Shown here piece by piece: positions 13,786-27,138 of a stretch of 64,000 nt of DNA. The DNA is from Selaginella moellendorffii (Eukaryota; Plantae; Lycopodiophyta), in contig NW_003314356.1 in NCBI RefSeq assembly GCF_000143415.4, positions 655,093 through 719,092 of the forward strand, in the 5' to 3' direction. A program made the position numbers and the translations under genes. Position 1 is the first letter of the stretch. Every line of letters starts with the position of its first letter. Under the pieces are notes generated by a model, which worked only from the letters and a program-made list of their open reading frames with translations, made no database searches and was not told the DNA's origin.

Positions 13786-16700
13786 TTTGATTGTCCTTGA
13801 GGAGTGCTTGGATTTGGGATTTTGGTTTAGATTTAGCTTTTGCATCGTCTAGATTTAGTTTTTTCCATTTCCTTTTTTTGTTCTTTCCTTTCAGGATCTT
13901 GGTTTAGATTTAGCTTTTTGCATTGTCTAGATCTCCATTTCCTTCTAGCTTTTTTATCATTTCTCTTATTTTACTCTTTCCTTTTCGTTCATCTTCATGG
14001 CAAATCAAGAATCTCCTCCTTTGACTCTGGAGCAACAGTTGGTACAATTGCTTGATGCTATGCATTTGCAATTGAACAACCAAACTCAGTTGATGGTAGC
14101 GTTCACGGCACATAGTACAACTCCTCCTGCTCTTGGTGTTAATCCTGGCGTTTGGCTGGAGTTCTTTCGCGGGAATCCTGGGGATGATGTGTACCATTGG
14201 TTCGATCACTTCACGGTGATTGCTACATATCATTTTTGGGATGATGCTCAACGTTTGTGTGAGTTTCCCATGTGTCTCCAAGGGACGGCATTGCAATCGT
14301 ACAATGGTTTGAGCACAGCCACTCGTGGGGATTGGAGTGTTCTCCCGGACGTCTTCAAACACATATTCGGACATGCCAACGATTGTGATGATGCCTTCTA
14401 ACAATTGCATCATCTTCACTAAAGGCCATCTAAGTCGGTGATGCAATTTGGTATTCGTTTCCGAAGTCTTTTGCTTCGTGTGGAGCCAAATATATTGGAA
14501 TGGATCAAGCTAGGAATCTTGTGGCTAGCACTTTGTCAAGATCTTGTCGGACTTGTGCATGCACTTGCTCCCGCCACCCTTGATGATACTCTTCACTTGG
14601 CACAACGTTATGAGATGTTGCCTCTTCCACTTTTTGCTACACGTCCTTCCGCTCCCCTTCTTGTTTGCGATGGTCCTGTTCCAATGGAGGTTGATACTAC
14701 TGCTCAAGTCCAAGGACAAGGGTGAGGACGTGGTCATGGCCATGATGTTCATTTCTGAGCATGTGATGAAGTTGGTCACACTTATCGGCATTATTAGCGT
14801 TTTTCAGATTGGCAACCTCTATTTCCTGGGTGGAGACCTTGGCGTCAACAACGTCCTGTTGGTGCTATTGCAGTGGAAGGTTTGGACACCAAGATGCATC
14901 CGGGAAACAAGGAGTCGCGCGAGTAAAGGAGGGGCCTTGCACGAATAAGTCAGTGAACCGCACCATCTTTCTTTCGGGAGTATCATCAAGGGGTTCACTC
15001 GGCATCGGTTCATCCAATGTTTACTTTCCAAGCTCGTTTTTATAACAAGAGGTCTCCTATTATTCTCTCTATATTGGTTGATACAGGTTCGAGTTTATCT
15101 TCTATTCCTCGACCTGTTGCCACACGTTGCCGTCTACACTTGCATCGTGTGGCGGAACCAGTTTTTATTCTTTATGGCAACGGCCGTACACATGCATGTG
15201 CACGGGATGAGATGGACCTAGTTGTGCGTGTGGGCGATCTCAAACTTGAGTTGCAATTATTATGGGTGGTGCCGAGTCAAGCTTTTGACCTCATCCTTGG
15301 TATGGATTGGTTGCAGCGCAATCATGCCAAGTGTGACTTTGAGGCTTCTCCCCTTTGTCTTATACTTCCTTATATTTCATTCATTCCTCTCACTTCCATA
15401 CCTCTTTGTCCTTTTACTTCCACCTCTACTTTTATTACTTTTGTCCCCCCACTATTTCCTTCTATGTTTCTATTTTGTTCTACTCTTCCCTTTTCCAATC
15501 CCTTTGATAATTTTTGTGTTGTAGCAATTGATTGGCTTACGAAGGAGTATTCTGATCTCTTTGAATTTGACCTATCGTCTGGGGCCAAGATTGCCACACA
15601 TCATCCGATTCCAACTGGGGATGCTTGTCTAATCAACGTTCCTATTCATTGTCAGTCACCCAAAGAGATCAAGATTTTATGGGCAAATGTCAAGGAGATG
15701 TTAGAGAAGGGTGTTCGCGAGAAAGGTTCGCGAGGCTCAAAAGATTGAGCTGTGGATTTGAAGTCTTCAATATGTGTTTGAGAATCCTGCATCACTTGCT
15801 AATGACTTGCCTTTCCGGCATTTACATTTTCAATATCGCCTTGAAAACGGCCTTCTTTATTTTGTGGGGATGGATTTTAATGATCATTTACAGCTAGTGG
15901 TAACTTCTGTCTTTATTCCGCGGTTTCTCCATGCCTACCATGATTCTTCTGTTCTAGGTGGGCATATAGGACATCGTCGTGTGACTAAGAAGCCGCACAG
16001 GTCTTTCTATTGGCCGGAGATGCAACGTAATATTATCCAGTATATGCATAACTACATTTGGTGCCAAGCTCGTAATACTCCCCCTCGTATCGCGGAAGGA
16101 CGGTTGAAGTCAATTGTAGTTTTCCATCCATTTAAATTGGTGGTGTTTGATTTTATGGGACTTTTTCCACGGTCGACTGTTAGCAATGAGTATGTTATTA
16201 TTGCTTTTGATTACTTGACTTGTTGGGTGGAAGTTGGTGCTCTTGCCAGCACCTTTGCAACTACTGTTGGATACTTCCTCCTCAATCAAGTGGTGTTCTA
16301 ACATTCTTGTCTAGAGCGGATTCTTTCGGATAATGGTCTTGCATTTATGGCTGAGGCATTTTATGTTTTGATGTCTTGGTTGGGGATATGCCACACTTTT
16401 ACAAGTGCTTATCATCCACAATCAGACAGACTAGTGGAATGGCTCATTCGAACGTTCAAAGGGATGATCGTGAAATATGTGAACTTTCAGCATTCGGATT
16501 GGGATAGTTATTTGCTATCTCTTTGGTATGCATATGTCATAGGGGTGCAAAGTTCTATTGTGCTTCACCATATAAACTCTTATATAGTCATGATCCAATA
16601 TTACCAACAGAGCTGGGCTTACCTTCGCGATTGCCACGAGCTGCCAATGCTAGGTCATGGGATCAATATTTAACGAGCATTCTTCCACTTATCTGAGCAG

Positions 16701-17100
16701 AGTCTGCCGAACACTTAGGCCGTGTACAAATGGGACAACAACAGTGCTACAACTCCTATCATCATCCACCTGTAAAGTACAAAGTGGATGATTTGGTGTT
16801 AGTTCGTTTTCCCCATCTTATGGTACGTGGTTTATCTAAGGGGCTCTTTGCTCAGTGGAAAGGACCATATCGGGTGTTGCGGTAAGTGGGACCACAAGTT
16901 TATGAGGTTCGGCATGACATCCAAAAGGCCAATCCTCCAGAGATTGTGCATGTACAGCAGTTGAAACGCTTTATACAAAAGGATCAAGAGTAGTTAATAC
17001 CACTTACAGATTTGCTAATGCCTCCTCTTGATGTTCCTCCAGATCCCGGCCCATCTACAAGAGAACTTTAATGGTCTTCCATTATTCCGAGAGGAGGGAA

Positions 17101-17269
17101 TGATAGTGTACGCCAAGGATGCTATATACTAATATTAGCATAGTGGGATTTTGATAGCTGTCTAATTGGTTTTAATCTAGACCACTCACTCTTGTATATA
17201 AGCTAGGGTTTTTGGGCTAATTAATATACACATTTTCTGTATTCCCTTTCCATATTCCAAGCACTCACA
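17101..17269 (+). repeat. 3' LTR
   Basis: Preceded by a polypurine tract; TGAT...CACA; homologous to the 5' LTR. Confidence 0.9.
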
Positions 17270-18282
17270 ATATCAAATAAACTTATTTACATAAATGAGT
17301 TCTTTCTCATTTTTTACCTTCATTTCAAGATAAATTTTCAACCTTCAATGTGAAGTTTCTAAGCATCCACATACTGTAGTTATAGAAGAACAAAAGAAAG
17401 AAGTGAATTTATTTCAAATGGCTTACATTGTTAGTGTGCTCTAGAATGACAATGTACAAGAAGAATTCCCATCTTGAAATGTGCTTATAAATCCAAGAAC
17501 TCAATGAATGAGATCAACCTTAGATAATCCACCCTTTATTTTAGTGGCAAGGCCTCAACTTGTATTATCTAAACTCTAAAATAGTTAAAGGCATGTTTTA
17601 ATCCGAGCTCATCAATCAGACATACATACAATTCCCAGCCACTAGTCTCCCCATAGTAAAATTCAGAAAACTTTGCTAACTAAAAACTTTTCCCCAACCA
17701 AGAAAAATATGGCACTTTGTTCCTAACTTGCAAAATCCAAATAAGTTTGCAATTATGCTTTGGCCACTTTGATCCAACAGAGTTTCTACCAAAACTAAGG
17801 CTAAGAGGCACTATGCCATATAAATTTCATTGCAATGTGTCTAAGCAAGAATTTAGTAAGTTACAAAAGAAATAAACAAGGATTATTTAACAAAATTCAC
17901 TTTGTTGCCAATAGCTGTAATAGTAAGTTACAATCAAAACTCTTTAAAACACTTTAAAATTCATTAATAACTAAATGTAATCTCAATAGCATACTAAAAT
18001 CATTCTAAAAACACTTTTAAATGTTGTTAAAACATTTTGTGAGTCATAGCCTAAGCCTTCTTTGTAATTGCCCTCTTTTAGTTCTTATGCAGATTTCTTC
18101 TATATCTCTAGTGCAAATTCTCCTCCCATGATTCCTAAAGAATATCCACACATTTCCAAGTCACACCCTAGACATAAAACAACTTCAACTTCAATGGTAC
18201 AAACTCTTCTTTACCACCTTAGCTACAGAAAGGTGGTGGCATTACGATCAGATTTCCCGTGCTTAATCTCTTTTCGTCTGTA

Positions 18283-20365
18283 TCACCGTGCTAACAACTG
18301 ACTTGGAGCTTGTCTTGCATCCCTGAGCTCTAGAACTTTGGAGCTCTCATCGAGCAGACCATGGCTGGCGTAGATGTTGGCCATCACCAAGTACGATGAC
18401 TCCTCCCGGCTATCGATTCTCACCAGCTCCTGGAACGCGACTCTGGCCGCCTCCATGTTGCTCCACTTCTTGCACGAGCCTAGCAGCGTCATCCAAGTCA
18501 CCAGATCCGGCTGCCATGGCATAGACGCGATCAATCCCATCGCGGCCTCCAGTTGGTTCGATCTTCCCAGCAAGTCCACCATGCAAGTGTAGTGTCCCAG
18601 AGCTCTACTCGCCAGCGGCAAGCTCTCAAAGATCTCTCGTCCCTTGTCCACCAGGCCGGTGTGGCTGCAAGCCGCGAGGAGCAACAGGCTCGTGATACCA
18701 TCGCCTCGCAGGCCTTCGTTTCTCATCCTCGCGAATGATGAGAAGACTCTCTCAGCGTCGCCTTGGTTGCTGTAGCCTGTCATCAGTGCATTCCATAGCG
18801 TAGTGTCCTTGTAGCCACTGAGAGAGTCGAAAAGCTGCTGAGCTATTACCGTGATCCCACACTTGCCGTAGAAGTGAACGAGAGAGACTGCCACCCCGGT
18901 GTCGTCCTCCACTCCTGTCCTGCAGGCTATGCCGTGAGCTCTCTTCCCAGATTCCACAGCGACGAGGATGGAACTTGCTTTCACAGCCGCTGTGAGAGTC
19001 CGAGCGTCCAGTAACGCGTATCCCTGTGCTTGATCAGCCTCCATGCGACTAAAGAGCTCCAGTGCCAGTCTACTCTCGCCGTTCTCCACATATCCTGCCA
19101 GGAGAGCGTTCCAGGATATCACGTTCCTGTCTGGAATGCTGTCAAACACCGCTCGGGCGTCCTCCAGGCTGCCGCACTTGGCATACATGTCGATGAGCGT
19201 GTTGGCAACGAATACGTTTGTGTCACAACCAGTGCTTACGCATTGGAGATGGATAGCTCGGCCTTTTTCCAGGCACTCTTTCCTTCTTCCAGCGTCTTTT
19301 GCTCCTCCACTTTGTTTCTTGGCAGCCGAGCTCGCGCAGGCCATCAGCGCAGCGACGTAGCTTCTCAGGTTCGGAGAGAGTCCTCGAGCCACCATTCTTT
19401 CGAACAGCTCCAGTGCTAGCTCTGGCTCGCCATTGATCTCGCAGCCCAGCACCATAGCAGTAAGTGACACTACGTCGTGCCGGAGCATCCTGCTGAAAGC
19501 CATCCAGGCGTCTTCCAGGCTTCCACACTTGGAGTACATGTCGATCAACGAGCTAGCCACGAATATATCCTTCTGATAGCCATTTCTCGCCGCTAGCGAG
19601 TGAAGTGCCATGCCTCTCTCGAGGTACTCCATCTTCACGAGCTTGCCATCAACTTCCCTGCCATCTTCTCTCGCCGACAGATTCGAGCACGCCCTCAGTG
19701 CAGCTACACAAGCCTGAGCATCTGGAGCCACCCCTCGGGACTGCATGGCTTGAAACAAAACAAGCGCCATCTCGCTGTCACCCGAGTCTGCGTAGCCGAC
19801 CATCAACGTAGTCCATGTCACGACGTCAGGCGATTCTATTCGATCAAACACCCTCCGAGCATCCACCATCGCCCCGCATTTCGAGTACAGTTCAACCAGG
19901 CTGCTGGCCACGTAGAGGTTGGAGACCAAGTTGCTCGCTGCTGCCGAGGAACTGATAGACACCCCTTTCTCCAACCAAGTCTGCTTTCCTTGGCCGTCTT
20001 CTTTCTCTGCCATTGTAGCACACGCCGCAAGTGCCGCCACGAAACTTCTTGCGTTGGGCTGGCAGGACGTCTGCATTCGCGCAAACTGCTCCAGAGCTAG
20101 CTCGGCCTGTCCGTTCGAGATGTGTCCCATCATCAAGGCGTTCCAGGATACCACGTCGCGGTGAGGCATGCCCTCGAAAACCATGCAGGCATTCGCCATG
20201 CTGCCGCATTTTGCGTACATGGTCACCAAGGCAGTTGCGAGAAAGACGTCGGTGTTGTCAGCATTTGTATTGGAGTGGATTCTCTTACCGATCTCGCAAT
20301 CTCTCAAGACAGTGCACGACTTCAACGCAGCAGAGAAAGAGGGTTCGATGTCATGCTCTCGAAGA
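18283..20365 (-). CDS. PLS-class PPR protein with E domain (organellar RNA-editing factor type)
   Basis: Repeated P-L-S motifs (MYAKCGS, DVVSWN), HYTCMVDLLGRSNQLEAA, E1/E2, no DYW. Branch/acceptor (CTAAC...CTCAG) ending at 20366 implies an upstream exon. Confidence 0.93.
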
Positions 20366-20570
20366 CTGAGGGAAAACAAACAGTGAGTTAGAGACCATGA
20401 AATAAGGTGAACTTTAGAGCACAAACCATACGAAGGATCCGAATAGCGGTTGGTGACGACCCACTGAAGAAACAAGAACCCTCGAGCGCCAACAACTGGA
20501 AAACATAAAACACGATGAATGTGTTACAAGACCTACCTTGAGAGCATATCTTGAAAGGCAGAGTCGTTGA

Positions 20571-23465
20571 TCATGCTTGATACGAGCAAACCTTTATCAT
20601 CTTTTGCAAAACTGCCTCTGTTTGTATCCTCTTGCATTCCTCCAATACCCGAGCTTGCTCCTCCCACATTCCTAAGCTCGCAAAGAGATTTCCCATCAGC
20701 GTATAAGCGGAGTAAGTTCTCTCGTCCAGCCCCACAATCGTTTCAAAAGCCAGCCTTCCCAGCTCTAGATTCCCCCACTTTCCACACGCGCCCAGGAACG
20801 CTGTCCATGCTACTACGTTCGATGGTATATTGCTCTTCAGCACCACAATGGCCTCATCCAGATAATTGGCACGTCCCAGAAGATCCACCATGCAGGCGTA
20901 ATGCACGGCATCCACAGTAATGTCCCGGTCTGCTCGCATTGCCTCGAAGTACGTCTTTCCCTTCTCGACAAGCCCAGCATGACTGCAAGCTGCTAGAACT
21001 GAGAGATACGTGATTCTGTCTCCTTTCATCCCTTGTCTCTGCATTTCTTCAAACAGTTCAATCGTCTTCTGTGCGTCTCCTTGACGACTGTATCCCGCTA
21101 TCAGAGAAGTCCATGCCGAAACACTTCTCGGGTCTGTGACTGCTTCAAACAGCTGTTGAGAGACTGAGATCCTGCCGCACCTGCCATAGAAATCGACCAG
21201 CGAGTTGGCCACCAAAACGTTGTTCTCTAGTCCGCACCTACAGATGTCAGCTTGAATCTGCTTTCCAGTTTGCAGTGCCACCACACAACCACAGGCCGAA
21301 AGAGCCGCAACTACCGTCCGAGAATCCGGAAGAAAACCACTTTGCTGTTGCATGCTGGTGAAGAGATCTAGAGCCAGCTGTCCCTCGCTGTTTTCAACGA
21401 GTGCTGACATGAGAGCGTTCCAGGACACCACGTCGTGATGAAGCATCCGGTCAAATGCGGCTCGGCAATCCAGCAAGCTTCCGCATTTTGCGTACACGTC
21501 CACCAACGTGTTGGCCACGAACATATCGCCCAGTTTTCCTGTTTTACCAGCTTCGGAGTGCAAGGCCATAACCTTTTCCAAGCACTCCACCTTCACCACT
21601 TTGCCACTGACGTGCTTGCCTTCGTCTCGTTCAGCTAGATTACCGCATGCCGTCAGAGCAGCAACAAAGCTCTGCGAGTCTGGCGGACATCCCTGGCTTC
21701 TCATCTTGGTAAACAGCTCGAAAACTAGCTCCGCTTCACCATTACGAACGTATCCCAGCATGAGCGAGTTCCACAAAACCACATCCCGATGAAGCACTTT
21801 TTCAAACACTGTCCGGGCATTGTCCATGCTCCCGGAGTTCGCGTACATGTCCACCAGCGCCGTAGCCACAAAAATGTCTGCGTCCCACCTGTTCCTTGCG
21901 GCTAGCGAGTGAATGTCCATGCCTCTTTTCAAAGCTCCGCTCTTGACTTTGGCAAGCTTGTCACCTTCTTCTTGCTCAGCCAAGCTTGTACAGGCCATCA
22001 ACGCTGCAACGAAACTTCTGCCATCGGGGACGCAACCTCCAGAGACCATGCTCTCAAACAAGGAAAACGCCACCTCGGCCTCGCCACATTCCACATAGCC
22101 CAGCATGAGAGCAGTCCAAGAGACCACGTCCCGCTCAGGCATCCTGTCAAAAACCTTGTGAGCATCAGCCAGGCTTCCACATTTTGCATACATACCAATT
22201 AAGCTGTTGCCGACGAAAGTATCACTTTGAAAACCGCCCTTGGTAGCGTCCAGATGGATCTTCTTCCCAACTTCTAGAGTCACCTCTTTCAAATACTGTC
22301 CGGCAACGAGCTTCGCCTCTTCTTTCTGTGCTACCCCAGCACAGGCTGCGAGGACTGCAACGTAAGTGCGTGAATTCGGTGAACAGCCCTCTGACTGCAT
22401 GGAGTAAAACATCTCTAGAGCCAGCTCCTCCTCCCCGTTTTCAGCACAGCCGAGTATGAGAGAGGTCCAGCATACGACGTCGCGGCGAGCCATTCCCCTG
22501 AAAACCGACGTAGCATCGGCCAAGCTGCCGCACTTGCAGTACATATCGACGAGAGTGCTTGCCACAAAGATATCCTTGTCAAATCCACGTTTTGCAGCTT
22601 GAGAGTGAATAGCTGAGCCCTTCCTCAAGCTTCCGAGCTTGAGAACTCTGCCGTCAACCAGCTCGCCCGGCTCCAAAGACGCTAAAGTAGCACAAGCCTT
22701 GAGCGCAGCGACGAAAGTCCGAGAGTTTGGTTCGCATCCCCGAGAAACCATTTGTGAGAACATCTCCAAAGCCAGGTTCCCGTCACCAGTCTCCGCGTAT
22801 CCCATGATCAAAGTTGTCCACGACACGACGTTGGGACTTCGAATCTTCTCAAACACCGCTCGAGCATCCACCAGGCTCCCACACTTGGCGTAGAGACTGA
22901 TCAGGATGTTCTCCACGAACTCGTCGGACTCGTAGCCATACTTGGCAACCCGGCGATGGAGCTCCGTCCCTTTCCCCAAGCATCCGAGCTTGACGACCTT
23001 GCGGCAAACTTCCTGTCCCACTTCCTTCTCGGCCAAGTTGACACAGGCCATCAGTCCAGCCACGAAACTCCGGTCGTTTGGACAGCAGCCACTTCTTTCC
23101 ATTCCCCTGAGCAGCTCCAAAGCCAAATCCTCCTGGCCATTCACTGCGTAACCGAGCAGTAGCGCGTTCCAGGACACCACGTCTCGAGCCGGCATCTCAT
23201 CGAACACCTTGCGAGCGTCGGCCATTTTCCCACACTTAGCATACATGTCCACCACCGCGGTCGCGACGAAAGCATCTGCAAAGATCCCCGTGCTCTCACG
23301 GGCGTCAGTATGGATTCTCTGGCCTGCTTCCAAGTACCTCAAGCTCCCGCACGCCTTGAGAGCCGCAAGAACGCCGCTCGACAGCCATGCCTCCAATTTG
23401 GAAATCTTCTCTATGGCTGCCGCTCGCTGCTCCACGAACTGCATCAAAGATTCAAGATCGATCAA
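20571..23465 (-). CDS. PLS-class PPR protein with E domain, ~960 aa
   Basis: Long intact ORF of P-L-S triplets ending HYACMVDLLGRANYLDEA...WTAFLGAC...YTLMGNLFA. The true start may be in a short upstream exon. Confidence 0.95.
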   Translation of the reverse strand: MIDLESLMQFVEQRAAAIEKISKLEAWLSSGVLAALKACGSLRYLEAGQRIHTDARESTGIFADAFVATAVVDMYAKCGKMADARKVFDEMPARDVVSWNALLLGYAVNGQEDLALELLRGMERSGCCPNDRSFVAGLMACVNLAEKEVGQEVCRKVVKLGCLGKGTELHRRVAKYGYESDEFVENILISLYAKCGSLVDARAVFEKIRSPNVVSWTTLIMGYAETGDGNLALEMFSQMVSRGCEPNSRTFVAALKACATLASLEPGELVDGRVLKLGSLRKGSAIHSQAAKRGFDKDIFVASTLVDMYCKCGSLADATSVFRGMARRDVVCWTSLILGCAENGEEELALEMFYSMQSEGCSPNSRTYVAVLAACAGVAQKEEAKLVAGQYLKEVTLEVGKKIHLDATKGGFQSDTFVGNSLIGMYAKCGSLADAHKVFDRMPERDVVSWTALMLGYVECGEAEVAFSLFESMVSGGCVPDGRSFVAALMACTSLAEQEEGDKLAKVKSGALKRGMDIHSLAARNRWDADIFVATALVDMYANSGSMDNARTVFEKVLHRDVVLWNSLMLGYVRNGEAELVFELFTKMRSQGCPPDSQSFVAALTACGNLAERDEGKHVSGKVVKVECLEKVMALHSEAGKTGKLGDMFVANTLVDVYAKCGSLLDCRAAFDRMLHHDVVSWNALMSALVENSEGQLALDLFTSMQQQSGFLPDSRTVVAALSACGCVVALQTGKQIQADICRCGLENNVLVANSLVDFYGRCGRISVSQQLFEAVTDPRSVSAWTSLIAGYSRQGDAQKTIELFEEMQRQGMKGDRITYLSVLAACSHAGLVEKGKTYFEAMRADRDITVDAVHYACMVDLLGRANYLDEAIVVLKSNIPSNVVAWTAFLGACGKWGNLELGRLAFETIVGLDERTYSAYTLMGNLFASLGMWEEQARVLEECKRIQTEAVLQKMIKVCSYQA

Positions 23466-23987
23466 TGCTGCTGGATCGCACGAAGAAATGCCTCACATTC
23501 TTGAGCGGCGATCGAGTCCGATCGCAGAGCCGCATCATAATCCATTGCCAGCGAGACGAAATACTCGCTCAAAGCTCTCGACAAGGAGTCGCTGGATCAA
23601 TGCCGGTGACACGATGAAACCTAATCACATTTTAGAGCTCCAATTGCAGCAACCTGATCGTCCATCGCCTGATCGTGATCGTATCGCGAGCCTAGAACCC
23701 TAGAAGCTCTGCTAGAGCCCTAAATATTCGTACGAGAGGTCCGTACTAAAAGAGAATCTAAGTGTGCCGGAGAATCGAACCGCCGGCCTCTAGCTCCACG
23801 AGAAAAGCTCTCTTTTGCGCTCTCCCAAACCCTAGGAGGAGCGCGCACGGCGAGGAACAGGTGAGTGCTCGTGGATTGGATCTATCCTCTCGGCGCTGAA
23901 ATTTCTTGTGACCGCTTGCCGGCGCGCTTGAAATCTCTCCCAAATCCCTCGAGATCCTCTCTCACTCCCGCCCTGTCCAATCCAGGA

Positions 23988-25066
<1,079 letters not shown>

Positions 25067-25224
25067 TAGCTGTTAGACACCTCTCTCTTTCCTGCCTTGG
25101 TACTGTTGATTTTTTTTGGTTCCTGAATACATTATTTGGCTTGCACTAACTCCATCTCTATGTTGCTTGTCTAGAACTTGTGGTTGATTGAGCCCTGGAT
25201 CTCCACTACCTCTTTTTTGATTCT

Positions 25225-25802
25225 CTATGGACATTTCAAGCCTCCCCTGTGGTTGGTCATGGTTGCATAGCAGGGGCATGTCTCTCTGTTGCCATAGGTT
25301 CCAGGAGGAACACAATGGCACTTTGCACAGCAGATGTTACAGCACTTGAGGCATCTCTTTGGTCTGCCTGCTTTGGAGCACCTCCTGTTGCATTCTTTGG
25401 TACAGTCTGTTTTGTTTTGTTGTGGATCACAGGACAGGGAAATTGAGACATCTCATCAGCACAGCCAAGTGGATGAAGGAAGCTTTATAAACACTTTACC
25501 AATTGGGGCTGGTGAGGAGGGTCCTGGAGCAGGGGTAGAGTTGGATGAAGTCACTTCCACCTGGTAAACAAAACAGGTTTATTGTGTTTTTTTTTTTTTT
25601 TTTGCATTATTTTTGCATTATTTTGGTACTCACTGGTGGTATGTAGATAGCTGGTAGGAGCTCATCCACATCATGTTGTGACTCCAAACTGCTGTCTACC
25701 TGGAACCAAAATGGTGTTGCTAGTAGAGTAAGATGAAATCACCTCATCAGAGATCCATAACAGGAATGCCAGAAAGATCAGTGAAGAAATCCTCATGTCC
25801 AT
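25225..25802 (-). CDS. GASA: GASA/Snakin gibberellin-regulated cysteine-rich peptide
   Basis: Exons 25802-25743 (signal peptide [20 protein letters not shown]), 25699-25634, 25560-25500, 25406-25225. Last exon reads [60 protein letters not shown], the GASA Cys pattern. Not in the ORF track. Confidence 0.95.
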
Positions 25803-26025
25803 GCTTCTTTGATCATGGAGGGGAGAGTGTGTTTTTTATTCCCAGCACAAAACTACAAACTATGTTGGTAAGTCCACCATGATAACGAGATTTACAATTC
25901 TGAGCCGGCCGACAAAAGATCACTTTTATCTTGACTACTCTTGACTGTGGAATGACTGTGAAATGAGTTGACCAAGTTGACCAACAATCGAACAAGTAGG
26001 GTTTTAGCGTTCTGTTCTAGGAGGA

Positions 26026-27138
26026 ATGGTACAGTGCGCTTTTGTGTCCGGCATTTTTTTCTCCTTTTCTTCTTTTTGTGTAGGCCCTTGTGCTGTATGA
26101 TCGCGAGGAGGCGGAGCAAGAAATGGAGGGGGGCGATGGAAAAATGGAGGCCGAACTTTGCATCAGTCTGAGCACCAGCTGCTCGTCCGAAGCTCCTTCT
26201 TCGCCCAGTTCCTCCTCGACTTGCAGCGTCGATCGAGTCGCCGTCCGCAGAGCTCTCCAACATTTTGAGATGCTGCGCTCCGCGGACAAGGCAGGCCGTG
26301 CCGACCTCAACGCCGGCAAAGCCATGCGTCAACAGGCAAGCATCTCTCCACTTTCTTTCCTTCTCTCACTGGGTTCGCTTCTGGGACTTTTCGTTTCTTG
26401 GTTCGATGGTTTTGTTCCTTTTGCTTCTGTGCTCCAGACTCTGTCTCTTTGTTTCAACCTATGTGTTCTTGGACTTCTCAAAGATCGGATCTTGGGTCTT
26501 CCTTTAGAAACTCTCTATAAGTGCTCGTGTCTGATCTATTTTGCAGGGTATGTGGCTAAACCGTGTAAAATACTTTGGCCACGTCCCGGGTGTGGAAGTT
26601 GGCGACGTCTTCCACTTCCGCGTCGAGCTTTGCATCGTGGGGCTCCACGGCCACATCCAAGGCGGCATCTCGTGGATTGGTGGCGACGACAACAAGTGGG
26701 GCGAGCCAGTCGCAAACAGCATCGTTCTCTCTGGTGGCTACGAAGACGACGACTCGGGCGAGCGCTTTGTCTACCACGGTGCTGGGGGCAATCACCAAAA
26801 CACCGCCCGGCCCGGGTGTTATGCCCAGGACCAGAGCCTGGATCGGGGAAATCTTGCTCTCGCCAACGCTTTTCTGTTCCAGGTTCCAATCCGGGTGATT
26901 CGGGGAATCGAGTCTGGGCTCAAGAAGAAGAGCTATCGCTACGATGGTCTGTTTAGAGTGACTCGCTACTGGGACGAGGTTGATGGGGATGGATGGACGG
27001 TTTACAAGTTCCTGGTGGAGCGGAAGGGGATGAGTTTCGACAAGAACGAAGTGGCGAAGTAAGTTGGTTTTGTTTTGGTGTTCCTTGCTTGATCTTTTCA
27101 TGCCTTTCAGGAATCTGAGGAAGTACCGCACTAGCTAG
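26026..27138 (+). CDS. Stand-alone SRA/YDG methyl-DNA-binding domain protein (SUVH-derived, no pre-SET/SET)
   Basis: Model: ATG 26026-26028, 26084-26335, GC-AG intron 26336-26546, 26547-27058, 27111-27138. Motifs RADLNAG, GHVPGVEVGDVFHFRVELCIVGLH, SIVLSGGYEDD, DQSLDRGNLAL, IRVIRG, YRYDGLF. Confidence 0.88.

Larger units (their letters stand above)
13591..17269 (+). mobile_element. Ty3/Gypsy LTR retrotransposon, degenerate, with RT and RNase H deleted
   Basis: Paired diverged LTRs (~13591-13764 and 17101-17269, TG...CA), PBS, PPT GAGAGGAGGGAA just before 17101. Internal order: gag (13997-14725, PVPMEVD), protease (LVDTGS ~15075), RT N-terminus only, integrase (HDSSVLGGHIG..CQAR, FDFMG, SDNG, YHPQSD.LVE). 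Stops and frameshifts throughout. Confidence 0.93.

Noticed and set aside
13584-17275. Target-site duplication for the Gypsy element
   Set aside because: Flanks (TGTTG versus ATATC) do not match convincingly.
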